A stretch of 64,000 nucleotides of DNA from a virus. Lineage: Duplodnaviria; Caudoviricetes. Positions within the stretch are counted from its first letter, which is position 1; each line of letters starts with the position of its first letter. Positions 10,180-19,960 of this stretch are shown here, piece by piece. A model generated the notes under the pieces. The model was given only the letters and a program-made list of their open reading frames with translations, was not told the origin of the DNA and searched no databases. The stretch spans positions 3,671 through 67,670 of the IMG/VR virus record IMGVR_UViG_3300025389_000022; one strand, written 5' to 3'. Made by a program: the position numbers and the translations under genes.

Positions 10180-12231
10180 TTAAACTCCAATAGCAGTCCA
10201 GAACACGTTTGTTGCAGTCGTATTAGAAGTTAATACAGTAGCTGCAGCTTTTGTCCATGCAGTAACAGCTGGAGCGTATGTTGCACCGGCAGTATTACTC
10301 GTTGCGGTAATTGAATAAGCGTTAGTAGCAAATGCTGGTGTGAATGTGATAGCGCCAGCAGAACTAGTAGCAGATACCCAACCCCACATTAGACGAATAC
10401 CATTTGGTAGGTAAGTATAACCATTCGCAGCGCTCGTCGATGTACCAAGATTAAGAGTATTACTAGTAATAGTAGCGTTTACTACGCTGATTGTTCCGAT
10501 ACCAATGCTAGTGCATGATCCGGAGTTGCCAACCAATATAGAACCGGTGCCAGATGAAGAATTGATTACTAGAGATGTTGGTGTTAAAGTAAGATTGCTT
10601 ACTGTATTAACAAGAACGTCAGCAGTATTATTACCAAACCCATACACGGTCGAGTTACCAGAATAGAAGTGTGTTGAGTTAGTATAAGCGTATACGGTCG
10701 AGTTACCAGTTCCAATGATGGAGCTGTTAACGACAGTACCACCGGTGGTTGTTTGATAACCAGCACCAAATGCAATGCCAGTAGTCGTTACTGTACCATT
10801 GACTGTAAGACCGGTAGAATTGACTACCATCATCAAATTGGCGCCAACGTTCCCGGTAACAGCGTTAGTATAGAAACTCAAACCATCAGCAGAACCAACT
10901 GCGATACGGCCATTGCCAGTAACGTAATCAAATATGATACCGTCTGTATATGTACCACCCCAAACACCTGTCGAATACATACCGTTGGTAGCTTGAATTG
11001 CTGAGTTAGAAGCAAATACACCAAGAGAGTTAGCAGTAACAAAAACGGTGCTGTTACCAACATTCAACGAAGTCGAAGTTACAGCGGCATTCACAGTTGA
11101 GTTACCAACATAGAGATTGTTGTTAGCAATAACAGTTGCCGCGTTAACGTAACCAAGGAGTACGGCGTTATTACCATTAACAAATACAGTATTTGCAACA
11201 GTCAAAGAGTTAGCGCTAATAGTAACTTTAAGATCGGTAGATGTAGTACCATTAGCGTGGAACTTAATAGTGCCGTTGTTAGCTGCAGTGCCAATCGAAA
11301 GACTACTGTTAGAAGAATAAAGATATCCTTCTAGAGCACCGCCGATGTTATATGCTGTCTGATTATAGTTCGAACCGTTGATGCCAAGATCGATATAGTT
11401 AATAGAATCGTTACCAGAATCAGCGGTAAGAATAAGGTCTGTAGTAGCGCTGTTACCGGTGTTAGCGTTCTGAGATACGAACTCAAAATAGTTGTTTACG
11501 TTACCATTACCTTCTACACCGACAATACCACCAGTGATACCAGCAAAGTTATAGCCAGATGATAGACCAATACTTACTAAAGAAACAGCGTTAACTACGT
11601 TTGCAGTAATCGCGATTGAGTTAACGATACTGTTTGACTGGGTGTTGCCAATATAGATCGTGCTTGTATTAACACTAACGTTAGAGATAGTATTAAGTAG
11701 AACGATAGAAGAAGTGTTCATCGTCGCGTTAACAGTGCTGTTTCCAATGAACAAGTTGCTAGAAGCGTTGGCTGAAATAGAAACAGAAACAGGATTAACA
11801 GTCACGACACCTGTAGTATTTGAAATTGTTCTATAAGTAGCAGCTGAAGTGGCGTTCGCCGTAGTGTTTCCGATAGTAATCGAAGAAGAATTAACAACGG
11901 AGTTAATGCTAGAATTACCGACAGAGACAAAGCTCGCACCATTTGCTGCAACACTCAAAGAATATGGATTAATAGTCAGAGTTCCTAGAGTATTTGCTAG
12001 ACTCATAGAAATTGAGTTAGAAACTGAATTGACAGTGGTATTGCCAATTACGATATAAGATGAGTTTACGAAAACGTTGACCGTAGAATTACCCACGCTG
12101 ACATTTCCGGAAACAAGTGGTATAGTATATAAATCAGTAAAATTCTGATTTACTTTATTCATCGCAGTGCGTAGTGGATCACCTGTTCCATCATTGGGCA
12201 CTGATCCAATATTAATTAGTTGTTGGGTCAA
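10180..12231 (-). CDS. gp9/gp10-like baseplate wedge-fibre connector with long beta-repeat body
   Basis: INIGSVPNDGTGDPLRTAMNKVNQNF N-terminus of the gp9/gp10 family. GNST repeats. C-terminal NGYTYLPNGIRLMWG fibre-tip motif. Confidence 0.8.
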   Translation of the reverse strand: MTQQLINIGSVPNDGTGDPLRTAMNKVNQNFTDLYTIPLVSGNVSVGNSTVNVFVNSSYIVIGNTTVNSVSNSISMSLANTLGTLTINPYSLSVAANGASFVSVGNSSINSVVNSSSITIGNTTANATSAATYRTISNTTGVVTVNPVSVSISANASSNLFIGNSTVNATMNTSSIVLLNTISNVSVNTSTIYIGNTQSNSIVNSIAITANVVNAVSLVSIGLSSGYNFAGITGGIVGVEGNGNVNNYFEFVSQNANTGNSATTDLILTADSGNDSINYIDLGINGSNYNQTAYNIGGALEGYLYSSNSSLSIGTAANNGTIKFHANGTTSTDLKVTISANSLTVANTVFVNGNNAVLLGYVNAATVIANNNLYVGNSTVNAAVTSTSLNVGNSTVFVTANSLGVFASNSAIQATNGMYSTGVWGGTYTDGIIFDYVTGNGRIAVGSADGLSFYTNAVTGNVGANLMMVVNSTGLTVNGTVTTTGIAFGAGYQTTTGGTVVNSSIIGTGNSTVYAYTNSTHFYSGNSTVYGFGNNTADVLVNTVSNLTLTPTSLVINSSSGTGSILVGNSGSCTSIGIGTISVVNATITSNTLNLGTSTSAANGYTYLPNGIRLMWGWVSATSSAGAITFTPAFATNAYSITATSNTAGATYAPAVTAWTKAAATVLTSNTTATNVFWTAIGV

Positions 12232-12243
12232 CTTTTATCTCCT

Positions 12244-14778
12244 TTAGTAGCTCAAATAGGTAGCGTCAGCAGTTAAGAATACGTTATCGATCGAGAAATC
12301 TGTTTCATCCATAGTCACGTTCAGATAATATTCATCTACTGTGAGTAGTGTACTGTCTGAAGTGGTTCCGGTAGTATCAACTGTAAAGAATACTTCATGA
12401 ACTTTTTCATAGATTTCAGAGACAAGAGCCTGCTTTGAAATTATAGAATCGACATTGAAGTAGTCACCAAAGAGTTCCATACCAGAGCTATGAAACGTAT
12501 TATAAATTATTTGCTTATATTTATCTAATGTACTGGCAGCCCTGATCTGATACGAATAGTCTTGATAAAAATAACTGTCTTGTATATATTTATCAGAATT
12601 TAAGAAACTTCTAGTCGTTGACCAGTAACCAGGAGCGACGCCTATACCTTTTTTATTGATTTTTCCCACGACTTTACTATACGTATTAAGCATAGTAGGT
12701 GGAGCGAGATCTGACGTCAGTTTTGCTCCAGTACCATGAGTTGTAGCGACTGAAATGATAGGTGGACTAGTGTAGTTTGCACCCATATTAACAAGGGTAC
12801 ACTGCACGATGCCACCAGAAGTATTTGTCTGAATAAAGCCGTTTGCCTGCACAGAAGTAGTGCCGCCGGTAAATACTAGTAACTCACCGTTTGCATACCC
12901 AGAACCACCAGCTACGACTTCTGGAGTGGTAATACCGTCGTAGAGATACGCGTTGATAGTCTCACCCTGCAGATAACCCTTGCCTGAATCATATGCGACT
13001 GCTTTACTTACGATGTTATTACCGTTGTTTGGAATGGCGCCAATGAAAGCGTTTTCACCGGGAACTGTACCGTCTACCATATACATCGGAGGCTCATATA
13101 GAGCGAACTGAGATCTCATCAATGATGGTGCTAGAAAATACTGTGCAGACGATGTTGAGTTATTAGTCGGTGATCCATAAAGAATAATTAAGCTATCATT
13201 TACTACCTTATTAATGACTTGGAATTCTAGAGTCGTAGCGTTAGCGCTATTAGCCTGTAGACCTATCACGTCATTTGCCACATATAGAGAATTAAATCCA
13301 GTTCCAGTTCCAACGACGTATGGAACTTTATGGTATTGTGAGAATGACGTAGAATTATTAACAGGCTTATCAGTCAGCGTTATTGAGGTATTACTATTAA
13401 CAGAATATATTACATGATACTCTTGTATTCCACCCGTATTAGCTGCTTGTAATCCAATAACGTCTCCATTAGAGAATAAACTTAAAAATCCAGTACTAGT
13501 TCCAGTTAGAGTATTTGACGTTGTGTTATAACTAATCTGTCCAAGTTGTAGCTGGAATATGTTAGCATTTTTATAACTTATCGTTCCAATATTAACAGCC
13601 TTTGAAGTCAATGAAGACCGCAAGAAAATGTTTGGAGAATATATATAATTATTTCCTGGATTAATATTAGTAAGTGAATATACTGAACCGAAGTTATTAT
13701 TAGAGTAACCTAAAGCATCAGAAAGATTATAAATTAAATTAGCTGATGGATCTGATGGAAAATTATACTGAGAAGCGTTTATTGTAGTATTTCTATAATC
13801 ATAAATTAGATCGGTATTATAAGTATAATTCTTAACGAATGACAATGGTCCAAGATCAAACGACGCGCCATAACCACCGTTATCGCCAATAGCTTTATAA
13901 AAGTATATAGACGTATTGGCAGTTATACCTGATCCACTTTCACTAATATAATATTCTAATGTACCTTGTGATCTAGACGTCTCAGTTATCTTTAATTTAC
14001 CATTAACACCGTATGATACCGCTTGTCCAGTTATTGGGTCAAAGCCGGCTATTGCTAGAATATCACCAACATTAAATCCATCACCACCATTAATGATAGT
14101 AATATCTGACATCGATCCAATAACTGTCGGAGCATCATAGAGAGTATATGCTGATGTATTTGCATAGTTTAATAGCTGTTCACCTATTACGAAATCTGAG
14201 CCTCTTGGCGTAATATTTGAAATATAGAGACTGTATGTTAAGTTATTGTTTAATGATTCTTCATTAACGCTCTCAATAGTGCCTACAGTATCAGATATTG
14301 ATCCAATTACCTGTAGACCTATTAGATCTTTTACGACTGTGGAATTTGTTACTTCAATGTATTTTGGTTGAATCCAAGTACCATCAGAAACTTTTAACAT
14401 ATCATAACTTGGACGATAAATTTCTATGTCTTCATCGTAGATAAGTCTGAATAATAGAGCATAACATCTATCTGTTCCTTTTGAGCGATAGATATCCAAT
14501 ATATGTTTTAGTAGAAATCTTTTATCTGAAATGATATTAAATGGAATGCCATATAGATATTTCTTTTGAAAGTAAACAAGAAAATCATTAATATTAGTTG
14601 TATCAATATCTCTATATTCGAATAGGTTTCTAGCTCTGCCTACGGCATTTTCATCTTGTTCTAACCATTCATAATATGCTTGTAAAAAAAGAACAAATGT
14701 TGGACCTTCTGTTTCATAAAAAGAAGGAAATTGATTCTTTATAAAATTTGATATAAATTTTTCTACAGGAAATGCCAT
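12244..14778 (-). CDS. gp7: Baseplate wedge initiator gp7
   Basis: QFPSFY..EGP.FV.FLQAYYEWLE, IYRSKGT, and C-terminal GYW...SFLNSDKYIQDSYFYQDYSY motifs. Confidence 0.85.
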   Translation of the reverse strand: MAFPVEKFISNFIKNQFPSFYETEGPTFVLFLQAYYEWLEQDENAVGRARNLFEYRDIDTTNINDFLVYFQKKYLYGIPFNIISDKRFLLKHILDIYRSKGTDRCYALLFRLIYDEDIEIYRPSYDMLKVSDGTWIQPKYIEVTNSTVVKDLIGLQVIGSISDTVGTIESVNEESLNNNLTYSLYISNITPRGSDFVIGEQLLNYANTSAYTLYDAPTVIGSMSDITIINGGDGFNVGDILAIAGFDPITGQAVSYGVNGKLKITETSRSQGTLEYYISESGSGITANTSIYFYKAIGDNGGYGASFDLGPLSFVKNYTYNTDLIYDYRNTTINASQYNFPSDPSANLIYNLSDALGYSNNNFGSVYSLTNINPGNNYIYSPNIFLRSSLTSKAVNIGTISYKNANIFQLQLGQISYNTTSNTLTGTSTGFLSLFSNGDVIGLQAANTGGIQEYHVIYSVNSNTSITLTDKPVNNSTSFSQYHKVPYVVGTGTGFNSLYVANDVIGLQANSANATTLEFQVINKVVNDSLIILYGSPTNNSTSSAQYFLAPSLMRSQFALYEPPMYMVDGTVPGENAFIGAIPNNGNNIVSKAVAYDSGKGYLQGETINAYLYDGITTPEVVAGGSGYANGELLVFTGGTTSVQANGFIQTNTSGGIVQCTLVNMGANYTSPPIISVATTHGTGAKLTSDLAPPTMLNTYSKVVGKINKKGIGVAPGYWSTTRSFLNSDKYIQDSYFYQDYSYQIRAASTLDKYKQIIYNTFHSSGMELFGDYFNVDSIISKQALVSEIYEKVHEVFFTVDTTGTTSDSTLLTVDEYYLNVTMDETDFSIDNVFLTADATYLSY

Positions 14779-14779
14779 A

Positions 14780-16615
14780 TTAGTTTGAAGTACCTATTGC
14801 ATTAATTGTTACGTCTATCGCATCTATTAATAATATTTTTGTTTGACTTACCATAATATCTTTATTTAACGGTTTCATATATATTGATATGTACGTATCA
14901 TAATAAGAAGCTGCAAAAGTAGAAATACTTACTGTTCCAGTTGTATAATCAATTGTTCCTAAATTACCATTTAATATAGTAAATACACCATTAATATCAG
15001 TATATACAGCAAGATTACCAATATTATCATCTCTTATATAGGATAAAGGATAATTAACATTTGTTTTAGGATCAATATAAGTGAATGATGAAGAAGTAAT
15101 TACTGGTTCATCTGCAAACGCAGAGTATGCATTATATCCCATTGATGGATCATAAGATTCAACATCCGCTGGATTATTAAAACTAAAAGATATAGATGTA
15201 GCATAATCAAGAAGAGGCGATAATCTTTTAGAAAGATATATATCAGTCTGATTTGATATAATACTTGGTTCTGTGCTATCAATTGTAGCAGTAAATTTAC
15301 TATATCTAAAATTACTATTAAACTGTTCTAGATTATTATAAGAGAAATTAATAATATTTGTTAAAACTAAATTTTGAATATCATTAACATATTTCGTTGT
15401 CTGTGTTGGGTCATAATTGACTTTACTATTAACTCTTACATATAGATAGTCTGGATCTTGCATGACGATACGCATCTGTGACTTATCAAACATGTAATTA
15501 GTAATTTCACTCTTTAGATAGTTTGGAATAATAGTAGCGCCGTTTGGTTTAATACAGACTACGACCGCTCCATATTGTTTTGGCTCTATCTCTTGTCCGC
15601 CAAACACGTTGATGTCTTTAATATAAGAGCCGTATTTTGCACGAATTAATGACTTGTAGTCGTCATTAGAAACTCCGCGCTCCTGCGTCGCATACCATCT
15701 TGGAGCTCTAAATCTAATATTTTCTATAGTCTCAGAAGATGAACCGCCAATTGAATTAGCCTGTGGAGTTAATGTTGTGACATTAACAGTTCCGCCATTA
15801 ACGTTATTCAGACTTTGAGATAGCTGGAATGAAGAAACACCATCTGCTAGTGGACCTTTTGATATTCTATAATTTGCTAAAACGATAGCTCCATTTTGTG
15901 GTCTACGACCGTACACACCGTCACCAAATACTAGTTCATATAGATTGTTCTGAGATGCTTGTAAGAAATATATATCAGAGACGTCTTTTAGTCCAAATAG
16001 ATTTACAGCTTGAGAAAATATAGTGTTAGTCTGACCATTATCTTCTACTACGTTTACTGTTAACGAACTAATATCGATATTTGGATTTGATAGGATAAAT
16101 CTTTGATTATCAATCGTAGAATCGACAACGAACGATTGATCAATATAACTTCCTTCAAATATTTCAACGTTATTTGCATAGTATATAGTATTTGCAGAAG
16201 TAAATGTTGCTGTATATGATGTCACAAATGTATACGTACCATTTGAATTAATTCCAGTAAATATCGTTCCTTGTGGAATTGTAAGTTTACCGTTTAGTCC
16301 TGCAGTCTCAAAAACTATATTAACATTAGCTTGTGAAGACTTATATGATTGTGGAACGTAGTTTAATTCTTTAGCGTGAGACACTACTGAATCTAATTTC
16401 TGAGCTGAGTCCATAAACATCTCAGAAGCAACCATATTAAGATAGAATGAATTAAGATACGTATTATAAGACATGATGTCTATTAATACATTCATGTTAG
16501 ATCCACTAAAATTGTAGTCTTTAAATGTATTTTGAGATTTTAAGAAAGTAACAAAGTTATTTTTGAGATTATCAAAATCTAGACTCGTTAGGTTAAGACT
16601 ACTATTTGCGGCCAT
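14780..16615 (-). CDS. gp6: Baseplate wedge subunit gp6
   Basis: LDFDNLKNNF..FLKSQ..FKDYNFSGSNMNVLID.MSYNTY..SFY.NM..SEMFMDSAQ motif. Confidence 0.93.
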   Translation of the reverse strand: MAANSSLNLTSLDFDNLKNNFVTFLKSQNTFKDYNFSGSNMNVLIDIMSYNTYLNSFYLNMVASEMFMDSAQKLDSVVSHAKELNYVPQSYKSSQANVNIVFETAGLNGKLTIPQGTIFTGINSNGTYTFVTSYTATFTSANTIYYANNVEIFEGSYIDQSFVVDSTIDNQRFILSNPNIDISSLTVNVVEDNGQTNTIFSQAVNLFGLKDVSDIYFLQASQNNLYELVFGDGVYGRRPQNGAIVLANYRISKGPLADGVSSFQLSQSLNNVNGGTVNVTTLTPQANSIGGSSSETIENIRFRAPRWYATQERGVSNDDYKSLIRAKYGSYIKDINVFGGQEIEPKQYGAVVVCIKPNGATIIPNYLKSEITNYMFDKSQMRIVMQDPDYLYVRVNSKVNYDPTQTTKYVNDIQNLVLTNIINFSYNNLEQFNSNFRYSKFTATIDSTEPSIISNQTDIYLSKRLSPLLDYATSISFSFNNPADVESYDPSMGYNAYSAFADEPVITSSSFTYIDPKTNVNYPLSYIRDDNIGNLAVYTDINGVFTILNGNLGTIDYTTGTVSISTFAASYYDTYISIYMKPLNKDIMVSQTKILLIDAIDVTINAIGTSN

Positions 16616-17037
16616 TATCGGACTCTTTTTAGATTTAGTGTTAAATCAATAGGATTAGGATTATTTATCACGTAGAAAATAATGTTTATCTGTAGATACT
16701 GTTTACTCTCTACTGGAAGAACGGTCACACTAACGTCTATCGCTCTAGGTTCATGATACTTTATAGTATTTTGAATATAGTTAGTGAGTTCTAATGACGT
16801 TATTAGATCATTAAACTCGAATAGACTTCTATTAACATTTGTTCCAATATCAGGCTGAAAGAATCTATCACCAACGTTGGTCAACACTAGATTCTTTACA
16901 GATTGTTTAACAGCGTTTTCATTTATTGTCTTTGCTATATCTCCACCGTTTGGTAGAGGAAAGAAAGAATTTAAGAAGTCCGAATAATATTCTTTTTTCT
17001 TTGAAGTTTCTGTTAATGTATCAGCTCTTGTTACCAT
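16615..17037 (-). CDS. gp25: Baseplate wedge subunit gp25
   Basis: NENAVKQSVKNLVLT..GDRFFQPDIG and YEPR-like motifs. Lies next to gp6. Confidence 0.9.
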   Translation of the reverse strand: MVTRADTLTETSKKKEYYSDFLNSFFPLPNGGDIAKTINENAVKQSVKNLVLTNVGDRFFQPDIGTNVNRSLFEFNDLITSLELTNYIQNTIKYHEPRAIDVSVTVLPVESKQYLQINIIFYVINNPNPIDLTLNLKRVR

Positions 17038-17045
17038 TTTGATCC

Positions 17046-17954
17046 TTATGGATAAGTGACAGGTGGTGAAGACATACCGCCACCGTTGATCTTGACTGGA
17101 TGACCCTTAATATCAACTGTTCCAGAACCAGCGTCAATAGTAATACCAGAAGTAGAAATTGTTATCTTAGAAGAACCCACTTTAATTTGAATATTTTGAT
17201 CAGAAGTTATAGTAATGCTCTGTTTTCCGGTAATAGTAACGTCAGAATTACCTGTTACTTCCATAGTATCTGATGACGTCAAAGTATATTTAGCGTTCGA
17301 AGTCTGTGTCATATCAGACTGAGATAATATATTTAGGGCAGCGTTCGTCTGTACTTTGAAGTCTTGTTCGACGTAAATTCTACCTTTTTTCTTTGTGTAG
17401 TGATCAGAGTTTCCGCCGGTGTATGACATAAATTCAGACTGTTGACTCATGATGCGAAGATCAGTAGTCATGTCCACGATAGCTTCTTTTGTGTTGTTGT
17501 ATCGATAACCGTCGTTGTGAGACGAAACCTTACCCTGGGCACTTAGCTCGTGGTGTTCGTTGTCTGTGTAGGTCGTTAGCACGTTCTTAGCGACGTTTAG
17601 TACTTGTCCATAGATTGCTCTAGAGAAGTCTTTTGCTATCTCTCCTTGAAATCCACCAAGATTAATATGTCTAAGGCCACCAAGAATCATTTGATCCATA
17701 GCACCTTCAGTTACTCTTGTCTCACCATTTGAAGTTAGTGTATTTTTCTGATTTGCTGTTAGTTCTACTTTATGACCATCCTTTGTATGTTCAGTGTACG
17801 AACCACTTGGATGTCTTACTCTTGAAGACTCTTGATCAGGCGTGCTGTTCCAGAATATCTCATGTCCGCCAAGAGTGTGAACCACTTGATTCCATGGATA
17901 TTCCCATACAGCATCGCTTTCTGGTACTTTCTTATTCTTTGGATCATTAGCCAT
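17046..17954 (-). CDS. gp5: gp5 C-terminal part (central domain plus beta-helix needle)
   Basis: YPWNQV.HT.GGHEIFWNSTP..E..R.RHPSGSYTE resembles the gp5 YPYNHV..ESGH..E.DDTP...HRSGT motif, followed by beta-helix repeats. Confidence 0.75.
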   Translation of the reverse strand: MANDPKNKKVPESDAVWEYPWNQVVHTLGGHEIFWNSTPDQESSRVRHPSGSYTEHTKDGHKVELTANQKNTLTSNGETRVTEGAMDQMILGGLRHINLGGFQGEIAKDFSRAIYGQVLNVAKNVLTTYTDNEHHELSAQGKVSSHNDGYRYNNTKEAIVDMTTDLRIMSQQSEFMSYTGGNSDHYTKKKGRIYVEQDFKVQTNAALNILSQSDMTQTSNAKYTLTSSDTMEVTGNSDVTITGKQSITITSDQNIQIKVGSSKITISTSGITIDAGSGTVDIKGHPVKINGGGMSSPPVTYP

Positions 17955-19960
17955 TAGTTGTTGCTCGCATAAATTGAGAAGTAACCGAACGTCACCACAT
18001 TAGCAGTATTAGAGTTAGGAATGGTGCTCACGTTAGAAACTGTATTACCAGTTTTAGTGATATAAGTTAATATTGAAGTATTTGGCGTGCTGGTACCGGT
18101 AGGTGATCCACTACCTCCGCCACCACTACCTCCACCTCCACCACTTCCTCCACCCATATTACCAAATCCAAGTAGACCACTTCCCATTAGATTTTGCATG
18201 TCATTCTTCTGCTGAACTGCCTGTTTTGCAAACTGCTTCTTCTTGTTGACGTCTGCGTTTTTCTTTTGATAGTCCTGTAGTTTCTTTTGAATCTTTCCTT
18301 GATCTAATACAGACATTGGTAGTTGGTCTGACTGCAGCATACCAATCAACTGACCCAACATTCCAAGCAGCTGTTGAATCATATTGTTATTACCGTTTGA
18401 ACCCTTACCTTGAGTATTCTCGTTACCTTGAGCAGAAGCGGTATCTCTCGCTCTCTGTGTGATGGTCGTATGCTCAGCGATAGTCAGTTTGCCCGCTTTG
18501 ATAAGAGCTAATAGATCATTTATAATTTCATATATGCCGGCGTTGATAGCATCTTCTGTCGGCGTCGCGGTGTATGGTCTGTTTGCTGGACGAGGACAGA
18601 ACAGTCTTTCACCGTTTGGTCCTTCCCATTCCATATAACCAGGATACGGATCTGTTTCTATAAAATAAAATACTTGAATATAACCGTCTGGTATTAGTGA
18701 TATGTCAGACACGTATCCACCAGGAAGAATTATCTCACTAACCTGCGTTAATGGTGTCTGCGAAACTACCGTAGTGTCAACTCCGCCGCTGGTATTGTAT
18801 CTATTGATGTCTACTTCGCTACTCTGAGAGATTGTTATATAGGTATTTGTATTAAGATCAGCACCGACGTTGTTCATTAACTCTATCATACTCAAATACA
18901 AAGCTTCTTTATCAGCAACTGACATGCCGGCAATAGTATTTGTTGGTGTAGAATAACCACCAAGCTGATTTAATAGTTCGGCGGCTGTTACAGCGATGTC
19001 GTTTGGAGTCGTTGGAACTTGATCGGCGTAGTATGGACCATTTCCACCGCCAGGAGCACCACCAATGCCGCTGCCACCGCCATTACCTCCACCTCCTCCA
19101 CCTCCCATACCACCAAGCATACCAGTCATGCCAGATAGCATCGAAAGATCAACACCAAGCATTCCACTCAAAGAACCTAGCACGTTACCAATGCCTATAT
19201 TACCAGCTATACCTGAGAGCGACCCACCCATAACGCTGCCGGCTAGACCGTTGATACCACCTATTCCATTCATGCTACCGACTGATAGTATTTTCTGGAA
19301 CATCTGTGGAGCCATCATTAAAGCACCGGCTTCATTCTGAGAGTCGATTCCTAAAATCTTATCGAGTATTCCACTGTTTTTTGTCTTATCGATAGAGCCG
19401 ACAGTTGGTTTATCTTTAGTCTTAGCAAATTTATCTCTCGCTGTCTTTAGACCATCTTCACCCTGTTTCTCTGCAGGATCTAATTTATTATATTTTGGCT
19501 TTTCATTTTTAGATACGTCATAATTATAGCCAACTTTAGTGACTACATTTGTTTTCTTAGAACCTGGATTTTTAAAAGTAGTCTTAGTAGTTCTACTTGC
19601 AGAACCAATAGCGGCTAGAGGAACGTCTGAATACGATTCATCGATATCGTCTTTTCCTTTTGTATTATCATCTTCACTCTTCTGTTTACCAGCTCTTGGA
19701 AAAGAACCCATGATTACAGGATACTGGTGGGCATCGTCTAAGAAATATCCCATGACTCTAGAACCAACAAGAAGTCCGGTCGGTGACGTACCAATTCTAT
19801 TAGTCGATGCTGAAGTGATAGGTAATAATACCATGGCCCATGGAAGATCTTCGTCTTTGATATTCTGCTCATCGTCATGGTAGCCGTATATTCTAATCTG
19901 GACTCTACCAGATTCCCATGGATCTTTTAGATTTCTTACTTCACCAATAAACTTATCCAT
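17954..19960 (-). CDS. gp5: gp5 N-terminal OB-fold protein with long low-complexity extension
   Basis: FIGEV....DP...GRVQIRIYGYH......LPWA..LLP.TSAS...G.SPTGLLVGSRV.GYFLD...QYPVIMGS motif. Confidence 0.85.
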   Translation of the reverse strand: MDKFIGEVRNLKDPWESGRVQIRIYGYHDDEQNIKDEDLPWAMVLLPITSASTNRIGTSPTGLLVGSRVMGYFLDDAHQYPVIMGSFPRAGKQKSEDDNTKGKDDIDESYSDVPLAAIGSASRTTKTTFKNPGSKKTNVVTKVGYNYDVSKNEKPKYNKLDPAEKQGEDGLKTARDKFAKTKDKPTVGSIDKTKNSGILDKILGIDSQNEAGALMMAPQMFQKILSVGSMNGIGGINGLAGSVMGGSLSGIAGNIGIGNVLGSLSGMLGVDLSMLSGMTGMLGGMGGGGGGGNGGGSGIGGAPGGGNGPYYADQVPTTPNDIAVTAAELLNQLGGYSTPTNTIAGMSVADKEALYLSMIELMNNVGADLNTNTYITISQSSEVDINRYNTSGGVDTTVVSQTPLTQVSEIILPGGYVSDISLIPDGYIQVFYFIETDPYPGYMEWEGPNGERLFCPRPANRPYTATPTEDAINAGIYEIINDLLALIKAGKLTIAEHTTITQRARDTASAQGNENTQGKGSNGNNNMIQQLLGMLGQLIGMLQSDQLPMSVLDQGKIQKKLQDYQKKNADVNKKKQFAKQAVQQKNDMQNLMGSGLLGFGNMGGGSGGGGGSGGGGSGSPTGTSTPNTSILTYITKTGNTVSNVSTIPNSNTANVVTFGYFSIYASNN

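Noticed and set aside
18100-19280. Collagen-like or tandem DNA repeat in the gp5 N-terminal protein
   Set aside because: The Gly runs are irregular low-complexity linkers (GGGGSGGG, GMLG), not G-X-Y triplets or exact DNA repeats.
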